A DNA stretch of 64,000 nt from a virus: IMG/VR virus record IMGVR_UViG_3300017767_002783, positions 1,249 through 65,248 of that record. One strand, written 5' to 3'. A program made the position numbers and the translations under genes. Below are positions 48,120 through 58,546 of the stretch, in pieces; the stretch's first letter is position 1; each line of letters starts with the position of its first letter. Under the pieces are notes generated by a model. The model made no database searches, was not told the DNA's origin, and saw nothing but the letters and a program-made list of their open reading frames with translations.

Positions 48120-49696
48120 TGACTGATAATAATAAAATAAAAGAAGTAATCAAAAAAGAGTATTTAAAATGTGCTAAAGATCCAGTATATTTTTTGAAAA
48201 AGTATGCTGTCATTCAGCATCCAATGAAAGGTAAAGTTCCATTTGAGTTATACCCATTTCAAGAAGCATCATTAAAAGATTTTAAGAATCATAATTATAA
48301 TGTTATTTTGAAAGCTCGTCAGTTAGGTATATCAACATTAACTGCTGGATACTCTTTATGGATGATGACATTTCAATCAGATAAGAACATATTGGTTATA
48401 GCAACCAAACAAGATACCGCTAAGAATTTGGTTACGAAGATTCGAGTGATGCATGCAAACCTACCGAGTTGGGTAAGGTCACAATGTGTTGAGGATAACA
48501 AACTCTCACTTAGATATTCAAATGGTTCACAAGTAAAGGCCGTATCATCTACTGAGGATGCAGGTCGTTCAGAGGCACTATCCTTACTCGTTATGGATGA
48601 GGCAGCATTTATCGATAAGATTGATACAATATGGACTGCTGCACAAAGTACATTATCTACTGGTGGTCAATGTATTGCACTATCCACACCAAATGGTGTT
48701 GGTAATTGGTTTCATAAAACTTGGGTTGGTGCAGAAAATGGAACTAATGATTGGAATATGATAAAACTTCATTGGACGGTTCATCCTGAACGAGAACAAG
48801 ATTGGAGAGATGAACAGGATAAGTTATTAGGACCAAGTGGAGCCGCACAAGAATGTGATTGTGACTTCATCACTTCTGGTCGTGGTGTTATTGATGCTAG
48901 AATTTTAGAAGAATATAAAAATACTTTAATTGAAAAACCAATCGAAAAAAGAGGAATGGATAGTAACTTGTGGATATACAGACAACCTAATTATACAAAG
49001 AATTATGTAGTTGCTGCTGATGTTGCTCGTGGTGATGGACAAGACTTTTCTGCATTTCATGTAATAGAAATAGAAAATATGGAACAAGTTGCAGAATACA
49101 AGGGAAAGATTTCTACCAAAGATTTTGGTAATTTATGTATGAATACCGCTCAAGAGTATAACAACGCATTACTTGTTATTGAGAACTCAAGTATTGGTTG
49201 GGCAGCAATTCAACAAGTAATTGATAGGGAATACGAAAACCTATTTTATACAAGTAAAGATTTAAGGTATGTTGATGTCGCAAGACAAGTAACAAACCGA
49301 TATAGAAATTCCGAAAGACAAATGGTTCCTGGATTCAGTATGACTATGAAAACAAGACCATTAGTAATCGCGAAATTAGAAGAATATTTTAGAGAAAAAT
49401 CTATCATCGTTCATTCAGATAGATTAATCGATGAATTATTTGTATTTATTTATCATAATAATAGAGCTGAGGCTATGGAAGGGTACAATGATGACCTTAC
49501 AATGAGTCTAGCAATAGGATTATGGGTAAGGGATACAGCACTTCGATTAAATGCCGAAGGAATGGCATTACAAAAAACAGTCTTAAATAAAATGTTAGAT
49601 TATGAAGCAGTTTACACACCATCAGATAACAAAACAGATGATTGGGTGATGGAAACTGGAAATACAAAAGAAGATCTAACTTGGTTAGTAAAATAA
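48119..49696 (+). CDS. terL: Large terminase subunit (T4 gp17-like)
   Basis: KARQLGISTL, Walker B LLVMDEAAF, LSTPNG, nuclease VAADVARGDG.DFS, GYNDDL. Confidence 0.95.
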   Translation: MTDNNKIKEVIKKEYLKCAKDPVYFLKKYAVIQHPMKGKVPFELYPFQEASLKDFKNHNYNVILKARQLGISTLTAGYSLWMMTFQSDKNILVIATKQDTAKNLVTKIRVMHANLPSWVRSQCVEDNKLSLRYSNGSQVKAVSSTEDAGRSEALSLLVMDEAAFIDKIDTIWTAAQSTLSTGGQCIALSTPNGVGNWFHKTWVGAENGTNDWNMIKLHWTVHPEREQDWRDEQDKLLGPSGAAQECDCDFITSGRGVIDARILEEYKNTLIEKPIEKRGMDSNLWIYRQPNYTKNYVVAADVARGDGQDFSAFHVIEIENMEQVAEYKGKISTKDFGNLCMNTAQEYNNALLVIENSSIGWAAIQQVIDREYENLFYTSKDLRYVDVARQVTNRYRNSERQMVPGFSMTMKTRPLVIAKLEEYFREKSIIVHSDRLIDELFVFIYHNNRAEAMEGYNDDLTMSLAIGLWVRDTALRLNAEGMALQKTVLNKMLDYEAVYTPSDNKTDDWVMETGNTKEDLTWLVK

Positions 49697-49708
49697 TAAG
49701 AGGATAAA

Positions 49709-51589
49709 ATGGCACAAACAAGCTTAAGAGCAAGATTAACACGACTTTTTTCTACAAATGTAATCGTAAGACATGCAGGTGGTAGAAAGTTAAAGATTGC
49801 CGATACAGACAGAGTACAAAGTGCTCAGAAAAATAGTCTTGTAGATAGGTGGTCAAGACTACACACCAATATGAATACTGGTGGGTACGGAGCATCACAG
49901 GCAATTAGTTTTCAAGCCCAAAGATTGGCTTTATTTAGAGATTACGAAGAAATGGATAACGATGCTATCATATCAAGTGCGTTAGATATTTACTCTGATG
50001 AATCAACAATGAAAAATGAGTATGGTAAAGTATTAGATATTCAAACTGAAAATGAGAATATTCATGATATTCTACATAATTTATTTTATGATGTATTGAA
50101 TATAGAATTTAATCTTTGGCCGTGGGTTCGTAACCTATGTAAGTATGGAGATTTTTATCTCTACTTAGATATAAAAGAAAAGTATGGAGTTACCAATGTA
50201 GTACCACTTTCAGCATATGATGTTACTCGTGTTGAGGGAGAAGATCCAGAAAATCCGTATAGAACAAAGTTTATTGTTGAGGATGGAGATTCGAGACATA
50301 GTTCTTCAATGAGTCAAAATAAGGAAATGGAAAATTTTGAAATTGCACATTTTCGTTTGTTATCAGATGCAAATTTTATACCATATGGTAAAGGTATGAT
50401 AGAAGGTGGTCGTAAGATTTGGAAACAATTATCTCTTATGGAAGATGCTATGTTGATTCATAGAATTATGAGAGCACCAGAAAAGAGAGTGTTTAAGATT
50501 GACATTGGAAATATTCCACCCGCAGAAGTCGAAAATTTTATGCAAAAGATTGTTAATAAAATGAAAAAGGCTCCTGTCATAGATACCACAACTGGTGATT
50601 ATAATTTAAAATACAACATACAAAATCTTACAGAAGATTTTTTCCTACCTGTTCGAGGTGGAGATAGTGGAACACAGATTGATAGTTTAGCAGGACTAAC
50701 ATATGAGGCAGTAGATGATATTGAATACCTAAGAAATAAATTAATGGCATCCCTAAAGATACCAAAGGCCTTTCTTGGTTATGATGAAGCCGCTGGTAGT
50801 AAGGCAACATTAGCAGCAGAAGATGTAAGGTTTGCAAGAACAATTGAAAGAATACAGAGAATCGTTACGAGTGAATTAACAAAGATTGCAATAGTTCATT
50901 TGTATTCACAAGGATATACAGATGCAGACCTTGTTGATTTTGAATTAAATTTAAAAAATCCATCTACGATTTACGAAGAAGAAAAGATTGAGTTGTGGAA
51001 TAACAAACAGAGTCTTGCTTCAAGTCTAATGGATTCTAAAATAGCAGACACAGAGTGGATTTATGATAATGTGTTTAAATTTTCAGAAGAAGAAAAAGAA
51101 AAAGTCAGACTTGGATTACTAAAAGACCAAAAACGGAAATTTAGATGGTCACAGATTGAAATGGAAGGTAATGATCCTGTTCAAAGTGAAGAAGCAGTTG
51201 GAACTCAAGGGGCGATGATGAATAATATGGGTGATGGAGAAGGACAGAGATTTTCTGGACCTCAACCACCAGGAGCAAGAACAGGAAGAACAAGTCGTGA
51301 ATTAGATATGGATATACCAGAAGATGGTTGGCCAGGAAGTGGTCGTCCAAAGGAAGGACCTAAACACAAGAAGGATTCAAGTGTAAGAGGTCGTGATCCA
51401 TTAGGTTCTCACGATAAGAGAAAAGGTAGTAGTGGTAGTCCAAAGTACGGACTTGCACTAGCTCACCTTGATAAATTAAAACAAGATTTAGGTAAAGTCA
51501 GTAAAGAAGAAGTAAAAATAATTACAGAAACTTCTGATGTAGAACAAGAATATAAGAATGAAGTATCATCGGGTAAAAGTGATACTTAA
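49709..51589 (+). CDS. gp20: Portal protein (T4 gp20-like)
   Basis: LMEDAMLIHRIMRAPEKRVFKIDIGNIP, EDFFLPVRGG..GTQIDSL, DIEYL..KL..SLKIPK. Confidence 0.93.
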   Translation: MAQTSLRARLTRLFSTNVIVRHAGGRKLKIADTDRVQSAQKNSLVDRWSRLHTNMNTGGYGASQAISFQAQRLALFRDYEEMDNDAIISSALDIYSDESTMKNEYGKVLDIQTENENIHDILHNLFYDVLNIEFNLWPWVRNLCKYGDFYLYLDIKEKYGVTNVVPLSAYDVTRVEGEDPENPYRTKFIVEDGDSRHSSSMSQNKEMENFEIAHFRLLSDANFIPYGKGMIEGGRKIWKQLSLMEDAMLIHRIMRAPEKRVFKIDIGNIPPAEVENFMQKIVNKMKKAPVIDTTTGDYNLKYNIQNLTEDFFLPVRGGDSGTQIDSLAGLTYEAVDDIEYLRNKLMASLKIPKAFLGYDEAAGSKATLAAEDVRFARTIERIQRIVTSELTKIAIVHLYSQGYTDADLVDFELNLKNPSTIYEEEKIELWNNKQSLASSLMDSKIADTEWIYDNVFKFSEEEKEKVRLGLLKDQKRKFRWSQIEMEGNDPVQSEEAVGTQGAMMNNMGDGEGQRFSGPQPPGARTGRTSRELDMDIPEDGWPGSGRPKEGPKHKKDSSVRGRDPLGSHDKRKGSSGSPKYGLALAHLDKLKQDLGKVSKEEVKIITETSDVEQEYKNEVSSGKSDT

Positions 51590-51612
51590 ATGATGAATTA
51601 TTAGAAGTTTTT

Positions 51613-51621
51613 ATATTTATA
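51613..51621 (+). promoter_or_regulatory. ATATTTATA candidate promoter motif
   Basis: Intergenic, upstream of AGGAG at 51642-51646. Confidence 0.45.
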
Positions 51622-51647
51622 GATGAAGAAATATACAATTTAGGAGC

Positions 51648-52520
51648 ATGAATATGGCCCAACGTGTCAAACACTCGAAAATAAAGAATACAGGAATACT
51701 CTTTGAGTTAATATCTCGTCAAATCACCGTAGATATAATGAATGGTGATGAAAAGAGTAAATCAGTAGAAATGCTAAAAAAATTCTTTAATGAGAATACA
51801 GAACTTGGTAAAGAGAATCAACTCTATCAAGTTTTACTTAAAGAAAATTACAATTCTACCCGCAAGGCAGAAAAATTAGTAGAGGCTGTCTTAAAGTCAA
51901 GAGAAAAATTACAGAATAAAAGACTGCGTACTGAAAAATATAATCTTATTAGAGAGATTAAATCAAATTATAACGTAGAGGATTTTTTTAGAGCAAGAAT
52001 ACCTAATTATAAGGTTTATGCTTCTATATATAAATCATTTATTAGTGAAACTACACCAATATTTGATCCAGTAAATGAAGTTGAAAGTAACTTTTCTATC
52101 ATAGAACACATTACTCGTAATAAAGTTAAGTCTAAAAATAAAGATAGTAAGGTCATTTCTGAATTTAAGAACGAAGATAAAGATTTAAGATTACTTTCTT
52201 ATCAGTTAATGGTAGATAACTTCAACGGTAAGTATAAAAAGTTAAACTCTATGCAAAGAAATCTTCTAAAAGAGTACATTAATAACATTTCTAATACTAA
52301 TTCTCTTAGAGAATTCGTAAATGGTGAAATTATAAAGGTAAAACAAATTCTAAGTAAGATTTTACCTAAAGTCTCAGATGATATCACAAAAATTAAATTA
52401 TCGGAGGCTATAAATCAAGTAGACTCTATAACAAAAGGTAAGATAGTTAAGGATAAACAAGTTGTTGCACTAATGAGGTATTATGAACTTATAAAGGAGT
52501 TGAGGAATGTCGCGTCCTAA
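51648..52520 (+). CDS. Conserved hypothetical head-module protein
   Basis: KHSKIKNTGILFEL; sits between portal and protease; SD present. Confidence 0.7.
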   Translation: MNMAQRVKHSKIKNTGILFELISRQITVDIMNGDEKSKSVEMLKKFFNENTELGKENQLYQVLLKENYNSTRKAEKLVEAVLKSREKLQNKRLRTEKYNLIREIKSNYNVEDFFRARIPNYKVYASIYKSFISETTPIFDPVNEVESNFSIIEHITRNKVKSKNKDSKVISEFKNEDKDLRLLSYQLMVDNFNGKYKKLNSMQRNLLKEYINNISNTNSLREFVNGEIIKVKQILSKILPKVSDDITKIKLSEAINQVDSITKGKIVKDKQVVALMRYYELIKELRNVAS

Positions 52521-53223
52521 CGGAGATACACTTCTTAATTTAATTCGTGAGTTAATTAAAAACGAATTGGATGAGGCAAATTCTACTGCAACAGCCGGTG
52601 GTGAATATCAAACACCACTTGCATTTAAAGGTGAGAAAAGAAAGGCGGGTAAGAAAAAGAAAAAGGCTGGATTTGATGGTGGACACCACGATCCGACCAT
52701 CGGTACTGATAATTTCGAACCAGAGGACCCTAAGTTAAGAAAAGAATCGGTAGTAAGTGAAGAAAAGAAAAATTCTAATAATCTTTACTTAGAATTTACT
52801 GATGCTCTACAAGATTTCAATGACAAATGTATTAAGATAGCTGATAAAATCACTAAATTAAAAGGTGATAAGACCGATGGAAAAATTTTAATGAAAAATG
52901 TTAAAAAACATCTTATACCACTTAGTAAGTTAATGAATAGTTGGAACAGAGGAGCTCAAAGTAATCCACATTTAACTACTGAAGGTAGATATCACGCTTG
53001 GAGAAATGATAATACCTTAACACCCAAGCAAAAAATTGGAATGGCAATGAGAGAGACTCGTGATAATCTATCAGAGTTAGAACGAGTTGTCAAGTATAAT
53101 GTAAAATTAAAAAATGAGTTAAATGTTGACTCAAGGTCATATTGGAAGAATACACATAAGGCTTTAAGTAAAATAAGTGAGAGATTAGTTAATTTAGCTA
53201 ATAAGGTTGGACAACTACATTAA
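52507..53223 (+). CDS. Hypothetical modular protein (ELDE|ANSTATAGGEYQTPLAF)
   Basis: LxE-punctuated modules; operon context. Confidence 0.65.
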   Translation: MSRPNGDTLLNLIRELIKNELDEANSTATAGGEYQTPLAFKGEKRKAGKKKKKAGFDGGHHDPTIGTDNFEPEDPKLRKESVVSEEKKNSNNLYLEFTDALQDFNDKCIKIADKITKLKGDKTDGKILMKNVKKHLIPLSKLMNSWNRGAQSNPHLTTEGRYHAWRNDNTLTPKQKIGMAMRETRDNLSELERVVKYNVKLKNELNVDSRSYWKNTHKALSKISERLVNLANKVGQLH

Positions 53224-53228
53224 AGATT

Positions 53229-53417
53229 ATGACATTCGAACAGAACAAAAAGTCTTTTATGGACTCTTTGTTCAGTATTTCAACGATGCTAAAGAGATGG
53301 CATACTGAAATACAGAGCAAAGATGTTGATAAAAACTATATGATTGAAAAGTTAACTGCGTGGATTAAAAAACTTGAAGAATTAAGACACGATATTATGA
53401 TGAGGAAAGATAAGTGA
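53229..53417 (+). CDS. Small hypothetical protein
   Basis: 62 aa, fills the gap, GTGA overlap with the next gene. Confidence 0.55.
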   Translation: MTFEQNKKSFMDSLFSISTMLKRWHTEIQSKDVDKNYMIEKLTAWIKKLEELRHDIMMRKDK

Positions 53418-53752
53418 TAAAACTCGGAGATTTATTAACAGAGGCAAGTATTTCGGAAGAAATGGGAGAGCTAAAACTCTACATTGACAACGATTCGAGT
53501 CTATATAGACAAAGATACATGCCAATATTGAAAAATTTGTCAAAAAAGAAGAAAAAGGGTAATTATCGTAAAACATTAGCCCAAAAAGCATTCATGTATC
53601 TAATTGACGATGGTGCAAAACGATATGTTAGGTCATACGGTGGAAATCACTTAGATGTTTTCCCAAAAAGACAAAGAAAGCAGTTAGCAAAGGATTATGT
53701 AGAAGAATTTGAACAAATTTTTAAAAATCAAGAATATGATTTTATGAGATAG
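53414..53752 (+). CDS. Hypothetical protein with MIKLGDLLTE leader
   Basis: GTG start; ELKLYIDND..LY.Q...NL.KK..KG.Y block. Confidence 0.65.
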   Translation: MIKLGDLLTEASISEEMGELKLYIDNDSSLYRQRYMPILKNLSKKKKKGNYRKTLAQKAFMYLIDDGAKRYVRSYGGNHLDVFPKRQRKQLAKDYVEEFEQIFKNQEYDFMR

Positions 53753-53761
53753 GAGATTAGC

Positions 53762-54562
53762 GTGTCAAAATTTAAAAAAATAATTAAAGAAGATTGGTGG
53801 AGTGATTTAAGTCCTGAAGGACAGGCAAAATACTTAAAAAGTAATCCTAATTCGAAAAAAGCACAATCGGCAAAAAAGAAAAAGAAAGATGAACCATCTG
53901 CAGCACCAAGTTGGACTGCTGATGATATGGATTCTATTTTTGGAACAAGAAATCAAAGTGGTGGGGGATGGCAAAAACCTCGTAATGATGCTGATAGAGC
54001 AGCTGATGATGAAGCAGATGATATGAAAACTCAAGACGCACAAGATTCAAGAGATGCGGAAGATAGAAAAGATGCAGGTATAAAACCAATTAAAGACGAT
54101 AAAGATACACAAAGAATGGGATCCAGTGTATTAAGTAAAATCGGTGGTACTCAAGATCCAGATAGATTAGAATTACAAGGTACACAAGAAGCAGATAATG
54201 GTCAAACTATTATTCAATGGAAAGACAAAGAAGATGGAATGATGGTGGGTGTAGATGCACAAGGTAACATTTATCAAGATGGTGATAGGCAAAATTATGG
54301 TATACAAGTTAGCACACAAAGTGATGTGTTTGGAGATGACCAAAATGCACAATTATTGTATAAACAAAAGAAAGCCCGTGAAACTGGAGGTACAGATCCA
54401 TATACAGGTAAAAAATATGATAAACCAACTGGAAGAACTGGAAAAGAATTAGACCAAGAAACTCTTACAATAGATGGTAAAGAATATCGTAAAATCAATG
54501 AAAGTGTAGAATCAAAACCAAAATATCAATTTTCAGAATTCTACCAAAGATTAAAGAGATAG
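53762..54562 (+). CDS. Low-complexity acidic hypothetical protein with MSKFKKIIKE leader
   Basis: AGGAG SD, GTG start; D/Q/G-rich body. Confidence 0.65.
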   Translation: MSKFKKIIKEDWWSDLSPEGQAKYLKSNPNSKKAQSAKKKKKDEPSAAPSWTADDMDSIFGTRNQSGGGWQKPRNDADRAADDEADDMKTQDAQDSRDAEDRKDAGIKPIKDDKDTQRMGSSVLSKIGGTQDPDRLELQGTQEADNGQTIIQWKDKEDGMMVGVDAQGNIYQDGDRQNYGIQVSTQSDVFGDDQNAQLLYKQKKARETGGTDPYTGKKYDKPTGRTGKELDQETLTIDGKEYRKINESVESKPKYQFSEFYQRLKR

Positions 54563-54572
54563 GAGTAATATA

Positions 54573-55193
54573 ATGTCAAAACAATTAATAGTAGATTATT
54601 TACCTTTTGAGATTTCAAGAGAACAGATAAACGAATCAATTAAACAGAATAATGGTCGTTTAGTGGTTCATGGTGTATTGCAGAGGTCAGATGCTAAGAA
54701 TCAAAATGGTAGAGTCTATCCACATGAGATTTTGGCAAGAGAATCGAGTAAGTATGATGAGGGTTTCATCAAACAGAAACGTGCAATGGGTGAGTTAGAC
54801 CATCCTGAATCATCAGTAGTTAATTTACAGAATGTATCTCATAATATTACCGAAATGCATTGGGAAGGTAAGAACTTAGTCGGTACGGTCGAGGTTCTTG
54901 GAACACCAAGTGGTAATATATTAACAGAATTATTTAAAGCAGGTATTAAGTTGGGTATCAGTTCTCGTGGAATGGGTTCAGTTCAACCAATGAGTGAGGG
55001 TGATGGACAACAAGTAGGAGATGATTTCGAATTAATAGCTTTTGATTTCGTATCAAATCCATCCACACACGGAGCTTTCTTATATCCTATGAAAGAAAGT
55101 GTTGGAAACGAAATACCAATTACCGAAGGTAGAACCTGTGGTAAGTATTGTAAAGTTGAAAGTATTATAAACGACATAATTAGAGGAGAGTAA
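54573..55193 (+). CDS. gp21: Prohead maturation protease (T4 gp21-like)
   Basis: [31 protein letters not shown]. Confidence 0.93.
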   Translation: MSKQLIVDYLPFEISREQINESIKQNNGRLVVHGVLQRSDAKNQNGRVYPHEILARESSKYDEGFIKQKRAMGELDHPESSVVNLQNVSHNITEMHWEGKNLVGTVEVLGTPSGNILTELFKAGIKLGISSRGMGSVQPMSEGDGQQVGDDFELIAFDFVSNPSTHGAFLYPMKESVGNEIPITEGRTCGKYCKVESIINDIIRGE

Positions 55194-55194
55194 A

Positions 55195-55677
55195 ATGGCC
55201 AAACTAACAAAATTAATAAGTGAGAGTAAAGTCCTCAAACGAGAGTTTGGTGAAGCACTTCCTACTTTCAGTAGTGTAATGAAAAAACACCAAGAGAATA
55301 AATTTAAAGAAGATTTAGATGCTGTCGGTAAAGAGGATGATGATGTGGATAACGATGGTGATTCAGATAAAACTGATGATTATCTAAAAAATCGTAGAAA
55401 AGTAGTTGCTAAAGCTATCAAGAAGGATTCTGTAAAAGAAGATGCAATTCGTAAGCTTGTTCGTAACGAAATTAAAAATATAGTAGAGGCTGATGAGTTT
55501 GACCAACCTGTACCTGCACAAATAGAAAGATATTTAAAGAAATTTCTTAACGCAGTACAAGGTGCTAGACTTAATCGTAGAAGGGTAACAGCAATACTTG
55601 GTCGTGTTGTTAAACAGCTAAATATAGAACCAAGTGAATTGATGAGATATGTTAGAAAAGTCAAAAAGGGATTATAA
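55195..55677 (+). CDS. Hypothetical protein with [10 protein letters not shown] leader and DxDxDG-like motif
   Basis: AGGAG SD; [14 protein letters not shown]. Confidence 0.65.
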   Translation: MAKLTKLISESKVLKREFGEALPTFSSVMKKHQENKFKEDLDAVGKEDDDVDNDGDSDKTDDYLKNRRKVVAKAIKKDSVKEDAIRKLVRNEIKNIVEADEFDQPVPAQIERYLKKFLNAVQGARLNRRRVTAILGRVVKQLNIEPSELMRYVRKVKKGL

Positions 55678-55865
55678 TGAATAAAGCTGATACATTTAAA
55701 ATGAACAAAAATTGGAGAAAGTTTAGACTTCAAACTAATGAAGAGCAAAAAACAGAATCTAAAATTAAATCCATTGTCAATTCAGTAAATGAACAAAATT
55801 TAAAGAACTTATCGGAAGAAGAATTAAATAAATTCTACACCGAGGTTAAAAAAATTATAAAATAA
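55677..55865 (+). CDS. Small hypothetical protein
   Basis: TAATG coupling at both ends. Confidence 0.55.
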   Translation: MNKADTFKMNKNWRKFRLQTNEEQKTESKIKSIVNSVNEQNLKNLSEEELNKFYTEVKKIIK

Positions 55866-55918
55866 TGAAAGATGGCCACCATACTTGACCATATAGTGGT
55901 GAAGAACATCCAGTTTGG

Positions 55919-57313
55919 ATGAAACACGAGGAAGAACCTTTGGACGATTACAATAAGCGTATGAAAGAATACATTAATGATATAGTCAAACAAGAAATTG
56001 TTAGTCTCGGTGAGGAAAAGAAACGAGATTACAAAAAAGAGTATGCTAAATATGGTTCATCCACTAAGGCTAAAAAATACAGAGCAGAATTAAATAAGTA
56101 CAATCGTAAGAAAGGTACTTATGGAAATGGTGATGGTAAAGATGCCTCACACAAAGGGGGAAAGATAGTGGGATTTGAATCACAATCTAAAAACAGAGGA
56201 CGAGCAGAAAAAAGTCGTTTGAAGAAAGAAGATATAAAAGAGAAATCAATACCACACGCAAATCCAAATTACAATATGGAAAAGACGATGCAAAAATTAG
56301 CAAAGTCATTAGGTATAAAATCCGTTGTGAGTATGTATACTGGTAGTGGTAGTTTGAGTTATTTTTTAGATGATGATAGAGAAGCAAAGAAACTACAAAA
56401 ATTTTTAAAAAGGTCATTCAAGAGAGTTCGACTAATACCATTAGACAAATCAAAAGGTGATGACGCAAATTGGGTAGTAGCGGCAGATATGTTAGGATTT
56501 GAATCCATAAATGAATCGGAACAAGATAAGATAAAACAATATTTGATGAAAAAAGGTGATAATGAAAAAGACGCCACAGAAAAATTAAGATATTACGATA
56601 TGGTTACAAAGATGTACAAGAAAGCCAACTCCACCAAAAAGGCTGAAATAATGTCATCATTATGGGCTAATGAAAATGTAGCACCTAATCACGATGGTAA
56701 ATCAGCACCATATGGTAGTGGGTATGAAGAAATGGACGAAGGTAGGTCTATAAAAGAAAATCTAATACCATTTTACAAATACATGGGTGATTTCTACGGA
56801 AAAAAAGGTATTTATCCTGATAAGAAAGGTAGAGATTTGAAAGTTGGAGATATAAACAAAGCCCTTTCAGTTTATCTCAAAAAGTATTCAAATGACACTT
56901 TCACGGGCGATAGTATTGATAGAGAAAGAATCCGTGATATTCTAATCAAGATGAGAAAGTTAGATCCTGATTACTCTAAAAAAGAATCCGTAAACGAGGG
57001 TGTTAGTCAATCTCAGGCACAAGAGATAATGAAACAACTTGGTGGTAGAAAATTTGAAATGTTAATGGGTGTGAAATCAAAGGGTATCGGTAAAGATGGA
57101 TTAATCCTACATATCGGTAGAAATTCAAAGAGAGTATCACACATCATTATTGATTTAGACAGAGGTAGAGATTTATACAACTTAACATTTGGAAAGATAT
57201 ACAAGTATCAATTCAAGGTCATAAAGAAACTTAAAGGTATATATGTAGACCAATTACATGATATGATTGAAAAGTATACTGGATTATACACAACATTTGG
57301 GAGTAGAAGATGA
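55919..57313 (+). CDS. Multi-module protein with a degenerate HNH-like module; may start at 55865 through an in-frame TGA
   Basis: RDYKKEY...DASH...S.NRG (HNH-like); modules separated by INE/VNE/IKE; final KQLGGRKF...DQL...YTGLY module. Confidence 0.65.
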   Translation: MKHEEEPLDDYNKRMKEYINDIVKQEIVSLGEEKKRDYKKEYAKYGSSTKAKKYRAELNKYNRKKGTYGNGDGKDASHKGGKIVGFESQSKNRGRAEKSRLKKEDIKEKSIPHANPNYNMEKTMQKLAKSLGIKSVVSMYTGSGSLSYFLDDDREAKKLQKFLKRSFKRVRLIPLDKSKGDDANWVVAADMLGFESINESEQDKIKQYLMKKGDNEKDATEKLRYYDMVTKMYKKANSTKKAEIMSSLWANENVAPNHDGKSAPYGSGYEEMDEGRSIKENLIPFYKYMGDFYGKKGIYPDKKGRDLKVGDINKALSVYLKKYSNDTFTGDSIDRERIRDILIKMRKLDPDYSKKESVNEGVSQSQAQEIMKQLGGRKFEMLMGVKSKGIGKDGLILHIGRNSKRVSHIIIDLDRGRDLYNLTFGKIYKYQFKVIKKLKGIYVDQLHDMIEKYTGLYTTFGSRR

Positions 57314-57777
57314 AAATATCAAGACTAAGAGAAATAATTAAAGAAGAAGTTCAAAGTGTTCTTACAGAGGGAACTCGTTGGTTGGTTGGTATTGAACAAC
57401 CAAATGGTAAAATTCTATCCACATACGGACATTACGATGGTTATCCTGAATGGGCAGGTAAACACTTGAAAAAGTATTATAGAAATCCGGCAGTAGTAAA
57501 ACAACTTTTAAAACTTGGAAGTGCAGGAATTTCTACAATTGGTAAGAAGATTAAAGGAAGTAAAGACCATTCATTTGAAAAACCTGAAAAAGATGTAACC
57601 GTATTTTATGGTAGAGATAGAGGTGAAAAGGGTAGAATGACAAGTAATTGGAGAAACAGAGACGCTGTAAAATTTGATAGTGGTGAGGAATATGCTTATA
57701 TCTACAATATGAAAGAGAAGAAATGGTATTACAAATCACGATATTCAAACCCAAGAGATTGGACGGAGTTAAGATAG
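57310..57777 (+). CDS. Hypothetical protein (TR..GI...G.I.S.YGHYDGYP type) with MKISRLREIIKEE leader
   Basis: ATGA overlap; HYDGYP motif. Confidence 0.65.
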   Translation: MKISRLREIIKEEVQSVLTEGTRWLVGIEQPNGKILSTYGHYDGYPEWAGKHLKKYYRNPAVVKQLLKLGSAGISTIGKKIKGSKDHSFEKPEKDVTVFYGRDRGEKGRMTSNWRNRDAVKFDSGEEYAYIYNMKEKKWYYKSRYSNPRDWTELR

Positions 57778-58178
57778 TGAAAAAATTAAAAGAAATATTA
57801 CACGAGAGTAAGTACCTTAAAAGAGAGTTCGGTGATAAATTACCGACATTGAATAGTGTGACGAAACAACATCAAGATTCTAAAGAACCAATTAACGAAT
57901 CTAAACTTCCTCAGTTTGGAAAACTAAGTGATGTATCCGATTATCACCGTAAGTGGGGAGATATGTTTAACGAGTTAGAAAGATTTAGAGATTACGGCCC
58001 AACAGAATCCGATATGTATGATTGGAATGATAGAAGTCATTACAACAATGTAACAAAAGAATTTCACGCTCATATGGATAAGGTAGGTAAGAAACTCAAT
58101 TCCGCATTAAGAGATATGGAAAATTCTTGGAAGGTGTGGGATACAATTTTAAAGAAACATCGTAAGAAAGACAAATAA
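57777..58178 (+). CDS. Hypothetical protein with MKKLKEILHE leader
   Basis: GTG at 57777 overlaps the upstream TAG; N-terminus resembles that of 55195. Confidence 0.6.
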   Translation: MKKLKEILHESKYLKREFGDKLPTLNSVTKQHQDSKEPINESKLPQFGKLSDVSDYHRKWGDMFNELERFRDYGPTESDMYDWNDRSHYNNVTKEFHAHMDKVGKKLNSALRDMENSWKVWDTILKKHRKKDK

Positions 58179-58191
58179 TTAGGAGAAAGTA

Positions 58192-58542
58192 ATGGCAAAA
58201 TTAGATGCATATTTAAACTTAGATTCAGCAACTGGAAGTTTATGGACACATTATGATGGGGCAAAGTTCAATCAGTTAACTGGTTCAGCATTAGATACAC
58301 AATTAGGATCATATGGGGCATTTGTATCAAATTCCGTCTATACTGGTCAGTATTCAGCATCAGATGGTTGGTCAGATACAAACAAGCAAAAATTAGCAGA
58401 ATGGTGTAGTGAAACTGATTTAGTAACTTGGACACATAAAAATAATATTAGAGGTGTAACACCACCAGCAGTACCAAGATATCAAGAAGCACACACAGCT
58501 TCGATATGGTTAGAGAGCTGGGATAATAACGATAATGTATAA
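58192..58542 (+). CDS. Hypothetical protein
   Basis: AGGAG SD; 116 aa. Confidence 0.6.
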   Translation: MAKLDAYLNLDSATGSLWTHYDGAKFNQLTGSALDTQLGSYGAFVSNSVYTGQYSASDGWSDTNKQKLAEWCSETDLVTWTHKNNIRGVTPPAVPRYQEAHTASIWLESWDNNDNV

Positions 58543-58546
58543 TTAG

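Noticed and set aside
56020-56230. Mobile HNH homing endonuclease
   Set aside because: Only a short degenerate HNH-like module within a larger protein; no DNA-binding domain or intron context
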